From an uncultured Candidatus Saccharibacteria bacterium (GTDB lineage: Bacteria; Patescibacteriota; Dojkabacteria; J137), in the NCBI GenBank assembly GCA_964620955.1, contig CAZUKH010000001.1, forward strand, positions 53,481-117,480: 64,000 bases of DNA, given 5' to 3'. Under the pieces are notes generated by a model, which saw only the letters and a program-made list of their open reading frames with translations, made no database searches and had not been told where the DNA came from. Below, one piece after another: positions 28,762-37,646 of this stretch (position 1 is its first letter; each line of letters starts with the position of its first letter). The position numbers and the translations under genes were made by a program.

Positions 28762-31700
28762 CTAGTTAGATAATTGGATTTCGAAGATTTCGTCTTTACT
28801 AATTTTCTCAGAAAAAATCAGCTTAGAGTTATTTTGTTTAAATCTAGAGTCTTTAGAAGTCAATTTAAGTCCAGTGGCAACTTCTATCTCTAAATCTAAA
28901 TTAGTAACTACGCCTGGTATTTTTGCTATACCCAAAAACTGACTTACTGGACTATTTGTTAAATTTATTTTGGACTCTTCTAACCATTCAACCACAAACG
29001 TCCTTTCGGAAATAGCCTGTGCTACAACACAAATGTCCCCTGTACTGTCGTTAACAACTATACTTCGTGAAGAAATTGTATTTTGTGAAACGTCAATATT
29101 GCTTTCTCTTACATCAGGGTTTAAACAGATTGATACTTCTTGAACTGCTCCAGTTTGCGGGAAGTTAAATGTAACTGTATTTACCGAAGAACCATCGGAC
29201 CTAAAGGAAATGTTCATATCTACTACTGCTTCAGGAAATTGATCTACACCTACTATCCTATTGTCCGACAAAAGAATTGATGGCTGAACATAATAGTCCG
29301 ATAGCTCTTTAAAATTCTTTTCATCTGTGTTTTTTATTTTGAATAAAACTGAATTCAAGTCCCCAGTGTCATATGAATTTGTTAATAGATTTACAACGCC
29401 CGAAAAGTTGTTCTGTACTGTAGAAAGCAAGTTATATATCAAAAATGCCTCAAGTTGAGCCAAAATTGATTTTTTTTGGGTAATTGTCTTTGTACTTGCA
29501 AGTGCGAGATTTAGGTTAGACAAAATATTTCCAGCAGTAAAATCTACACCTGCAAGCTCAGGTTGGACTATCTGCGGAATTTGATCAAAGGCACTTTGAA
29601 TAAAATCTAAATTCAGTGTTATTACTCCATCCAGCGAAATGTTAAAAGTCTTTTGCCACACTTCTGAAACAGTCTCCGCAAACATATCTTTATCAGCCAA
29701 GCTAGAGAGGCTTTCCAAGCTTATATTCGACTTATTTGCAGTAATAAAACGTCTTTGATTAATCAACTTTATTGTTTCATCTGTTAAATTAGTTAAATCG
29801 AATGCTACATCTTCTACTGATTGCACCCTTGAACTTTCGATATTTCCGTCTCTTATCGAGAATAAGCCGTAGGCTGAAATTCTTCCACCTGCTGGGGTAG
29901 GTATTGAATTGTCCAGTAAGACTAGAAGGTAGTTGGTGGTTTTATTATGACCAAGTAGTTCGGGCAAATTGGCAAACGTTGAAACTATTTGTGTATAGTT
30001 ATTTAAAGAATTTAACTTATTGCTTATTTGCATTACTGGCTCTTTTAATGCTTGAGGTAAAGAATCTGTGTTTATTTGATTAAGTAGATTTATGCCCTGC
30101 TCATATTTGTTTATTCCAGATTCGACAAAAGCCGTCCTTTGGCTTAACTGTTCAAGAAGCTCACTAATGTTATTTTCGCTTGAAATGACAGATAGATAGC
30201 TTTCACTTGAGGTCCTTAGTTGGGTATTATTATTGTAAGCTCGAGCTATTTTATTTACTGGCTCAAGTGCATAAGCAAAATCTGAAATACCGTCCGATAA
30301 AATTCTGTATGCATCGACTATTCGTTGAATTGCGCTATATGAAACTTCTGCTGAAAAGAAGTCGGCAACTCCTTTATAATTTATTAGAATCTGTGAAAGG
30401 GTTTCTAATTGTGTTTGAGAAGACTGGCTTATTGAATACAATTTTTCAAAATCTTTTTGTTGAATACTTTGAGACATTGACTCTACTGCTGGTACTAACT
30501 CTAAATAGGTGCGGGTTAAAACTAATAATGGCGAGACAATAAGAAAGTATATTGCTGAAAGCAACACCAACAAAAAAGTCATAAATGCAAGCTCAGCAGG
30601 AGAACGTTTTTTTAAAAAAGTAAAAATTCCTGCCATTTTTGTAAAAACAATCCAAAACAAGTTAACTAAACGCTGCTTTAGTGTAACTTCTCTTTTTTTC
30701 TGCTGTAACTTTAACTCATTATCTGCTTTAAAAATTCTTCTTTTTCTTATTTCCTGCTCTTGTTTTTTATATTCAACAATGTTTCCTAGTTTACTTGAGT
30801 TGGATTGGTTTAATGCTGCTTGCGAAAAAGAACTCTCTGTTATAAATATTTTTGCAAGTCCTAATGATTGCTTAATTGCCTTGTCAAAAGATACACGTGC
30901 CATCCAACCAATTTCTGAAAGATTTGGGGCAGGTTTATGAATCTTGAGCGGTGGTAAAGAATTTGTCATTTGTTCAAAGCGTATTTCTTTAACTGTCTCG
31001 TCTAGCTCTTGAATTTTGTAAGCTATAGACAAATGTGTATAGGTGTTTTCATAACACACCGAAAAAACTTTACTGTTGGTTTCTTTAGAAAACTGCGCTT
31101 TTATTAACGCGTAAGCTGCATCTAGCAAATGAATAAACCACTCATGCTCTAATCCATCGTGTTTAAGCATTAAATACTCACCTTGAACGGCATTCATTAT
31201 TAGGTCAATAAATGCTGATTGGTGGCCAAAATCCATGCCATCCCCAATAATTTCTCCCAATCTAAGAATACGAGTATTAAGCTTAACTTTATTGTTGTAC
31301 TCCATAACAAGCCCTTCTGCATACCTTTGTACTTCCATGTCGGAGTAGGTATGAACTGGAGAGCTTTTAATTGCGATATCAAAACCTCCGTTGTCCGAAA
31401 AAAGTATTTGATGAGCTTTTATAGATGTTGTAAGCAAAAATCTTGCATCAAATTTTACTGCTAATGCGAGAGTAGCATCAAGATAGTTTGAAAATGTTAA
31501 AAACTCCTGCGTTGAAACTTCGTTTCGGAAATCAATGCTATGGTGTCCAAAATAAAAAACATAGTCAAGCCTTCGAATATCTTCTTCAAGGTGTGGGATA
31601 GAAGCATAATCCAAAAAACTTATCATTGCGTTGTCGGGGAACTTATCAAATCTTTCAATATTTTGTTTTGTCACGGCGTCAATAATAACTACGTAACCGC

Positions 31701-31815
31701 CCTGCTTCATTAAGGAATCTGCTATTTCAAGCCCAAGAGAATTTAAACCTCCAACAATGACAGAGGTAGGGAACTTAATTGTATTTTTTAAGCGTAATTT
31801 TGGAGGTACAATCAT
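28762..31815 (-). CDS. Large fusion protein: N-terminal NAD(P)-binding SDR/epimerase-like domain, a TM segment, and a DUF4012-like extracytoplasmic domain. Paralogue of 6027..8300.
   Basis: Rossmann motif VIVGGLNSLGLEIADSL (GxxGxxG), with no clear YxxxK. TM segment ELAFMTFLLVLLSAIYFLIVSPLLVL. Shared motif NYLLVLLDNSIPTPAGGRISAYGLFSIRDGNI. Confidence 0.6.
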   Translation of the reverse strand: MIVPPKLRLKNTIKFPTSVIVGGLNSLGLEIADSLMKQGGYVVIIDAVTKQNIERFDKFPDNAMISFLDYASIPHLEEDIRRLDYVFYFGHHSIDFRNEVSTQEFLTFSNYLDATLALAVKFDARFLLTTSIKAHQILFSDNGGFDIAIKSSPVHTYSDMEVQRYAEGLVMEYNNKVKLNTRILRLGEIIGDGMDFGHQSAFIDLIMNAVQGEYLMLKHDGLEHEWFIHLLDAAYALIKAQFSKETNSKVFSVCYENTYTHLSIAYKIQELDETVKEIRFEQMTNSLPPLKIHKPAPNLSEIGWMARVSFDKAIKQSLGLAKIFITESSFSQAALNQSNSSKLGNIVEYKKQEQEIRKRRIFKADNELKLQQKKREVTLKQRLVNLFWIVFTKMAGIFTFLKKRSPAELAFMTFLLVLLSAIYFLIVSPLLVLTRTYLELVPAVESMSQSIQQKDFEKLYSISQSSQTQLETLSQILINYKGVADFFSAEVSYSAIQRIVDAYRILSDGISDFAYALEPVNKIARAYNNNTQLRTSSESYLSVISSENNISELLEQLSQRTAFVESGINKYEQGINLLNQINTDSLPQALKEPVMQISNKLNSLNNYTQIVSTFANLPELLGHNKTTNYLLVLLDNSIPTPAGGRISAYGLFSIRDGNIESSRVQSVEDVAFDLTNLTDETIKLINQRRFITANKSNISLESLSSLADKDMFAETVSEVWQKTFNISLDGVITLNLDFIQSAFDQIPQIVQPELAGVDFTAGNILSNLNLALASTKTITQKKSILAQLEAFLIYNLLSTVQNNFSGVVNLLTNSYDTGDLNSVLFKIKNTDEKNFKELSDYYVQPSILLSDNRIVGVDQFPEAVVDMNISFRSDGSSVNTVTFNFPQTGAVQEVSICLNPDVRESNIDVSQNTISSRSIVVNDSTGDICVVAQAISERTFVVEWLEESKINLTNSPVSQFLGIAKIPGVVTNLDLEIEVATGLKLTSKDSRFKQNNSKLIFSEKISKDEIFEIQLSN

Positions 31816-31856
31816 ACACTTTCAGCTTAGTACAACACTATTTACAATGCAACAAA

Positions 31857-32531
31857 TTACTGTACATCTACTGGTTGTAATAGGAGATTTACATCGACAT
31901 TAATAATAAACCCTTCAAATTTATCTCTTTCTTCTTGCGAATCTGGCATTAGTTTAAATGTGATGTCATCGTATCCTTCTTTGTAAACCTTGATTTCATG
32001 TTGTTTATCAAGTGAAACAATAGTTTCGAATTCGTTGCTATTTGAAGACAATACTATTCCATCTATTTCTATAACAGGACTTTCTACATTTGTTACAACT
32101 TTTAAATTGTTTTTGGTTACCAAGTTAGCTGGCGAAAGGCTAATTACATGCCCTTCTGAAAAAGCCTGGCTTGGACCAAGAATATATGAGAGTATTACAT
32201 CTTTATTCTGTTCAAACCTTATTACTCTGTTAAAAGACCAATATTCAGCATTTTCAGAAGCTACTCGCTTTAGCGTAACAAGTTTTTCTCCAGGGGTAAG
32301 GCTATCAATATAAACAGGCGAGTTTTCGGGGTTTACTGTGGCTTTTTCTTCATTATCTACATAAATCTTCATTTCTCCCCCTAACGAAAAAACTTGTAGT
32401 CCGGAAATAATATTGGGTTTTTCAACCCCAAAAAGGCCTGGTAAATCTATTTGCAAGTACATCCAAGGTGACCAAAGCCCGACTATAACGCAAATAATTA
32501 AAGCTATTAATATTTTAAAAAAGTTTTTCAT
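31857..32531 (-). CDS. Hypothetical signal-anchored protein
   Basis: ORF of 224 aa with an N-terminal TM (ILIALIICVIVGLWSPWMYL). Confidence 0.4.
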   Translation of the reverse strand: MKNFFKILIALIICVIVGLWSPWMYLQIDLPGLFGVEKPNIISGLQVFSLGGEMKIYVDNEEKATVNPENSPVYIDSLTPGEKLVTLKRVASENAEYWSFNRVIRFEQNKDVILSYILGPSQAFSEGHVISLSPANLVTKNNLKVVTNVESPVIEIDGIVLSSNSNEFETIVSLDKQHEIKVYKEGYDDITFKLMPDSQEERDKFEGFIINVDVNLLLQPVDVQ

Positions 32532-32708
32532 TTTATGTCCATTTATTAGAACGTAACATTATTCTACAGCAAAGTGATTGGTAATAAAAATACCTAGAAC
32601 TAAAGTCAAAGGCTTGAGATTAGTTTCTAATAAAATTATACCCAAGCATTTAGCTTGTTTATAAGAAGTAAAGTAGTTTAATATGTATATAAATTAGATA
32701 TTAATAGT

Positions 32709-33965
32709 ATGTTCATGGCAAAGGTTAAAGCAATTAAGGCACGACAGATAATTGACTCTAGAGCAACTCCCACTGTTGAAGTAGATGTTTTTTTAGAAGA
32801 TGGTTCAATGGGAAGAGCTGCTGTACCAAGTGGTGCTTCTACTGGGATTCATGAAGCCTTAGAATTAAGAGATGGTGATACTTCTCATTTTTTAGGTAAA
32901 TCTGTTGGCAAGGCTATTGAAAACGTAAATAACCTTGCATCTGAAATTTTTTTAACAGATTTTCACTCTCAAGAACAACTCGATAGATGGCTAATTAATA
33001 AAGATGGTACTGAAAATAAATCTAAACTAGGTGCTAACGCTATTTTAGCAATTTCGTTGGCCTACGCCCATGCTGTTGCTTTATCACAAAAAGTCCCTTT
33101 ATATCAGTATATAAGCAGTATATACGGTGGAGCTAGATCAAAAATGCCAAGACCAATGTTTAATATTATGAATGGTGGAAGACACGCTAACTGGGCAACA
33201 GATATTCAAGAGTTTATGATAATAATTCCTAACAAAACTTACTTTGAACAGCTTGAGACTGCTTCAGAGATTTTTATGAACCTGGGCAAGCTTTTAGAAA
33301 AATCTGGACTTAATACTAATGTTGGCAACGAAGGGGGCTATGCACCTGGATTTAAAACAAATGAAGAGGCTTTTGAGTATGTGATGAGAGCAACTGAAAA
33401 TGCTGGGTTCAAAATGGGTGAAGAAGTTTACTTTGGCTTAGATATAGCTGCCAGCGAATTCTTTAACCAAGAAAAAAATAGTTACGATTTAAAGACCGAA
33501 GGCACTTCACTTACAATTGATGAATGGAATTCAAAACTCGAAAGCTGGTTAAACAAGTATCCACTGTTAAGCATAGAAGATCCCTATGGACAAGATGACT
33601 GGGGTAACTGGTCGCATTTTACAGCTAAATACTCTCAAAGATTGCAGATTGTTGGTGATGATCTTTTAGTTACTAACACTAACAGAATTAAGAAAGGGAT
33701 AGAACTTAAGGCATGTAACGCTTTGTTGGTTAAGCCAAATCAGATTGGCACCCTAACCGAGACTATTGAGGCAATGAAAATGGCTTCGCAATCGGGCTGG
33801 GGTAATATTGTGTCTCACCGAAGTGGTGAAACTGAAGATATATCTATTGCTCATATTGCTGTAGGAACAGGTTGTGGTCAAATAAAGACAGGCGCGCCTA
33901 GCCGTGGTGAAAGAACCGCTAAATACAATGAATTACTTCGAATTGAAGAGATGCTTAAATTTTAG
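32709..33965 (+). CDS. eno: Enolase
   Basis: SHRSGETEDISIAHIAVG, the enolase signature. Length of 418 aa is typical. Ends with a TAG stop. Confidence 0.95.
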   Translation: MFMAKVKAIKARQIIDSRATPTVEVDVFLEDGSMGRAAVPSGASTGIHEALELRDGDTSHFLGKSVGKAIENVNNLASEIFLTDFHSQEQLDRWLINKDGTENKSKLGANAILAISLAYAHAVALSQKVPLYQYISSIYGGARSKMPRPMFNIMNGGRHANWATDIQEFMIIIPNKTYFEQLETASEIFMNLGKLLEKSGLNTNVGNEGGYAPGFKTNEEAFEYVMRATENAGFKMGEEVYFGLDIAASEFFNQEKNSYDLKTEGTSLTIDEWNSKLESWLNKYPLLSIEDPYGQDDWGNWSHFTAKYSQRLQIVGDDLLVTNTNRIKKGIELKACNALLVKPNQIGTLTETIEAMKMASQSGWGNIVSHRSGETEDISIAHIAVGTGCGQIKTGAPSRGERTAKYNELLRIEEMLKF

Positions 33966-35352
33966 TGATTTGAAATATGCTAGGGAAAAAATCCTCCTCA
34001 ACATCGAGCGGAGGTTTACAAATGAGGAGGATTTTTTCCCCAAATGTTGCAATCCCAAGCTCAACAACTTTAGATTTGATTTTTTCTATAGCTGTTTCTC
34101 TATCCATTTCAGAATCTGAATAAACAAATGATTTTGTTATTCCTTTGTATAAACTTGCTTGCCTTGCAAAATGCTCGTATTTAGCAAAAAGATAAATTGG
34201 CTGTTTAATTGTATGCCTCCCTATAAGTTGGGCTGTTTTGCCGGATCTAGATACCACTACAACTTTGCTAATTTCATCTTGCATTTCTATACACATCTGA
34301 GCTGCTGCCTTGGCTATGGCCCTTGTTTCAACAAATCCTATTGTTTTTGCACTTACTATTTTGGTTTCTACAGCTTCTTCAATAATGCTAGCAATACTCG
34401 TCAAAGTTTTGACTGATTCTACTGGGTACATACCTGCTGAACTTTCAGCAGAAAGCATTACTGCATCGGTACCTAGCATAATGGCAGTAGCTACATCGTT
34501 GACCTCTGCTCTTGTTGGCCTTGGACTTTGTGACATAGACTCAAGCATTTGAGTAGCAGTTATTACGGGTTTGCCGGCATCATTACATTTTTGAGTAAGA
34601 TACCTTTGGATTACAGGGACTTTTTCAAGCCCAAGCTCAACCCCTAACCCTCCTCTTGCTATCATTATGCCGTCAACATTCTCAAGTATTGAATCAATGT
34701 TGTCTACACCTTTTTGGTCTTCTATTTTAGCAATTAGCTTAATTGTACTTTGTCCAATAAATGCTTTAACTTCTTTGGCAGCTTCTGCAGACTGTATAAA
34801 TGACGCAGATACAAAATCCCAACCTGTATCAATAGCGTGCCTAAGGTTTTGTTTGTCTTTTTCTGTCAAAACCTCTGTTGCAATATTTGCTCCTGGTAAA
34901 TTTATAGCTTTTCCTGGTTTTAAAGCTTGACCGTATGTAACTTCGCAGTAAATATCTTCACCTTTAATATCTTTTACAATCATTTCTACATCACCATCTC
35001 CTACTACTATTTTCTGGCCCGGGTTCAACAGACTGTAAAGGTTTTGATAATTCGAAGGATATATTTGCGAGCTTTCGTTATTACCAATTATAATTTCTTG
35101 TCCAACTGAAAGCGGAATTTGTTGCGAGAATTTATTAAGCCTTATTTCGGGACCTTTTACATCTACCATTAATGCTACATCGTTCGAAATTGCCTTAACA
35201 AGACTTTTAACTTTGTCTAGTTCTTCAGGATCAGCAAAAGCTCCATTGACTCTTGCACAGTTCATTCCAGCTTCTATCATTTTTCTCATTACCTCTTGAT
35301 CCCAGGTTGATGGACCAATTGTACATACTATTTTGGTTCTTTTTGATGTCAT
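33955..35352 (-). CDS. pyk: Pyruvate kinase
   Basis: N-terminus MTSKRTKIVCTIGPST and the overall PK fold motifs. Length 465 aa. Confidence 0.9.
   Translation of the reverse strand: MTSKRTKIVCTIGPSTWDQEVMRKMIEAGMNCARVNGAFADPEELDKVKSLVKAISNDVALMVDVKGPEIRLNKFSQQIPLSVGQEIIIGNNESSQIYPSNYQNLYSLLNPGQKIVVGDGDVEMIVKDIKGEDIYCEVTYGQALKPGKAINLPGANIATEVLTEKDKQNLRHAIDTGWDFVSASFIQSAEAAKEVKAFIGQSTIKLIAKIEDQKGVDNIDSILENVDGIMIARGGLGVELGLEKVPVIQRYLTQKCNDAGKPVITATQMLESMSQSPRPTRAEVNDVATAIMLGTDAVMLSAESSAGMYPVESVKTLTSIASIIEEAVETKIVSAKTIGFVETRAIAKAAAQMCIEMQDEISKVVVVSRSGKTAQLIGRHTIKQPIYLFAKYEHFARQASLYKGITKSFVYSDSEMDRETAIEKIKSKVVELGIATFGEKILLICKPPLDVEEDFFPSIFQITKI
33982..34041. terminator. Long perfect inverted repeat forming a bidirectional terminator-like hairpin at the convergent eno/pyk junction
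   Basis: GGGAAAAAATCCTCCTCA ... (22-nt loop) ... TGAGGAGGATTTTTTCCC: 18-bp arms with an A-tract on one side and a T-tract on the other. It lies inside the last ~25 codons of pyk. Confidence 0.5.
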
Positions 35353-35595
35353 TTTAGAGTTTTTAATATCTATTTGCTCATTCTATCAACAATTTATCAA
35401 TGTTGCATAATCTTTCCAAGATCTTACTAACAGTTGTAACTTTTCAGTATCGAAAACTTTTAGAACGCGCTTACAATACGCCTGCACCAATCCCTTTTTA
35501 CTACTTAGGTTTATGTTTATACAAAAAACTAGTGAAATATATTTTATATTGGGCTATAATTCCTGCGTGCTTGAAAGCAAGATCGTTATTAACTC

Positions 35596-35874
35596 ATGGC
35601 AGCAAATCAAACCACCAAATTTAGATTGACCCAAGAATCGCTTAAATTAGCAGGTATATTCTTTGTTACATCTCTAATTGGAGTAATAATTGGGAAGAGT
35701 CTTGATAGCGTTTTTGAAATTCAACCTTTTGGTATCTTAATATCACTGGGTGCTATGTATATATTATCTTGGGTAGTTATTGTAAAAGTATATAAAAACA
35801 TCATTAATTTAAGATCTCAAGATTACAATAAAGACATAAAAAACAGTTTAGAAAGTAAAAAAAATAATGAATGA
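35596..35874 (+). CDS. Small two-TM membrane protein preceding atpB (AtpI/AtpZ-like)
   Basis: ORF of 92 aa with two hydrophobic helices. Located immediately upstream of atpB, overlapping it by 8 nt. Confidence 0.45.
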   Translation: MAANQTTKFRLTQESLKLAGIFFVTSLIGVIIGKSLDSVFEIQPFGILISLGAMYILSWVVIVKVYKNIINLRSQDYNKDIKNSLESKKNNE

Positions 35875-36658
35875 ATTTTTAAGCATCCACACGCCTGAGA
35901 TTTCTCTATCACCCAAAATTCTTTTTTGGTTAGGAGAGTGGCCTGTTTCAAGTGCCTTGGCGACTGGGTTTTTAATTACACTTATAATAATATTTACAGC
36001 AATTTTTATTTCTCTCGTTTTTATAAAAAAGAGAGGTAAACCCTCAAGGGTTCAACTTGCTATTGAATCTATATACTCGTACTTTCATAAACTTACGACT
36101 CAAATAACTGGATCACAAAAAATTGCTGAAGCAATACTACCTATAATTCTTAGCATAGTTATTTACATTGGATTGGCAAATACAATTTTACTACTGCCTT
36201 TTATTGGTTCTTTGACATTAGATTCGAAGTCAATATTTTCAACAAATACTAGTGATTTAAATACGACTTTTGGAATTGCGTCAACTGTTGTACTTTGGAC
36301 TCAATGGTCAAGTATAAAAAAGTTTTCACTTTTGAAGCATATTGATAAATACTTTAAAGTTTCGTCTGTTTGGAAAGGAATTAAAAAAGGTCCTGGAGCT
36401 TTTGCAATGTCTTTGATTGATGTTTTTATTGGCATATTGGATATTGTATCGGAATTCGCTAAATCTTTATCTTTATCCTTAAGGCTATTTGGAAACATGT
36501 TTGCTGGTGAAGTGCTTACATCGTTGGTGCTAAGTTTACTAGCTGTAATATTACCGGTGGCGTTAATGCTATTTTCAGCTTTTTCTGGTTTATTACAGGC
36601 CTTAGTATTTGGCGCTTTATCGGCAGCATATTTTGGTAGCGCTCTTAAAGAAGAGTAG
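35867..36658 (+). CDS. atpB: ATP synthase Fo subunit a
   Basis: Conserved LRLFGNMFAGE motif (essential Arg) and a polytopic TM architecture. Confidence 0.9.
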   Translation: MNEFLSIHTPEISLSPKILFWLGEWPVSSALATGFLITLIIIFTAIFISLVFIKKRGKPSRVQLAIESIYSYFHKLTTQITGSQKIAEAILPIILSIVIYIGLANTILLLPFIGSLTLDSKSIFSTNTSDLNTTFGIASTVVLWTQWSSIKKFSLLKHIDKYFKVSSVWKGIKKGPGAFAMSLIDVFIGILDIVSEFAKSLSLSLRLFGNMFAGEVLTSLVLSLLAVILPVALMLFSAFSGLLQALVFGALSAAYFGSALKEE

Positions 36659-36683
36659 TTAAATTATTTATTATTTTTTTTAA

Positions 36684-36899
36684 ATGGATCCAGAAGCAGT
36701 AAGATATTTTGCCAAAGCTCTTTGCGTTATAGCAATGATGCCAACAGCTATTGCAGAAGCAGGAATAGTAAGATCTGCCTTTAGAGCAATGGCTCGCAAT
36801 CCTAAACTGGAAGAGACTTTGTTTCCAAAAGTTATTATTTCGATTGCGCTTGTAGAATCTACAGCTATTTATGCACTTGTAGCATTCTTTACACTTTAG
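36684..36899 (+). CDS. atpE: ATP synthase Fo subunit c
   Basis: ORF of 71 aa forming a helical hairpin. The conserved carboxylate is in helix 2 (IALVESTAIYALV). Confidence 0.85.
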   Translation: MDPEAVRYFAKALCVIAMMPTAIAEAGIVRSAFRAMARNPKLEETLFPKVIISIALVESTAIYALVAFFTL

Positions 36900-36920
36900 T
36901 AAGTTTGTTAATATTCAAAA

Positions 36921-37415
36921 ATGGAAGAAATATTTATGCGAATAGGTTTTGATCCAAGGCTAGCACTCTTTAGTGCAATAAACTTTTTAATATTTTTTGT
37001 AATTGTTAATAAGTTTCTTATATCAAAAGTTTCTAAGTCATTGAAACAAAGACAAATTGAAATCGAACAGAGTTTGCTAAATGCTCAAAAGCTAGAAGTT
37101 GAGATGGCAAATGCGAAAGAAAGGTCAGAAAAAATTATTGCTGAGGCAAATAAAGAAGCTAATTCAATAATTATTTCTCATCAAAAGAAAGCTGAAAAAC
37201 AAGCAGCCGAAATAAAGTTTAAAGCAATGCAAGATGTTGCTACCTTGCATGATAAGCTTACAGCAAAACTTGAGTCCCAAAAAAATGACCTTGTAAAAAA
37301 CATAAGAAATGAAGCTGCTGAAATTGCTGTAAAAGCTGCAGAAAAAATAATTAAGCAAAATATTGATAGAGAGAAAGATATAAAAATAATTAAAACTTAC
37401 CTCAAAGATGTATAA
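36921..37415 (+). CDS. atpF: ATP synthase Fo subunit b
   Basis: N-terminal TM followed by a long charged helix (KEANSIIISHQKKAEKQAAEIKFKA...). In operon position. Confidence 0.8.
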   Translation: MEEIFMRIGFDPRLALFSAINFLIFFVIVNKFLISKVSKSLKQRQIEIEQSLLNAQKLEVEMANAKERSEKIIAEANKEANSIIISHQKKAEKQAAEIKFKAMQDVATLHDKLTAKLESQKNDLVKNIRNEAAEIAVKAAEKIIKQNIDREKDIKIIKTYLKDV

Positions 37416-37644
37416 AAACTATAAAAAACCTAGAACTCCAAAAGTCATTGAAATTACTTGTGCAAGACCTCAAGACGAGAATACACTCAAAGCAATTAAG
37501 GATAAATTTGGGGATAACTTAGAAATAAAAGTGAATGTTGATGAATCCTTAATTGGGGGAGCAAAAATCTTTTTTAACAATAAAATCTTTGATTTTAGCG
37601 TATCCCACTTTTTAGAAGAACTTAAAATAAAACTAACAAGCTAG
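37408..37644 (+). CDS. atpH: ATP synthase delta subunit, minimal form (C-terminal domain only, 78 aa)
   Basis: Operon position between atpF and atpA. LIGGAKIFFNNKIFDFSVSHFLEELKI resembles the delta C-terminal domain. Only 232 nt are available between atpF and atpA, so the N-terminal domain is genuinely absent. Confidence 0.55.
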   Translation: MYKNYKKPRTPKVIEITCARPQDENTLKAIKDKFGDNLEIKVNVDESLIGGAKIFFNNKIFDFSVSHFLEELKIKLTS

Positions 37645-37646
37645 CT

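Noticed and set aside
35400-35624. 74-aa + strand ORF in the pyk/atp divergent spacer.
   Set aside because: No coding-like composition or motifs. The region is better explained as a divergent promoter region, and atpI-like begins at 35596.
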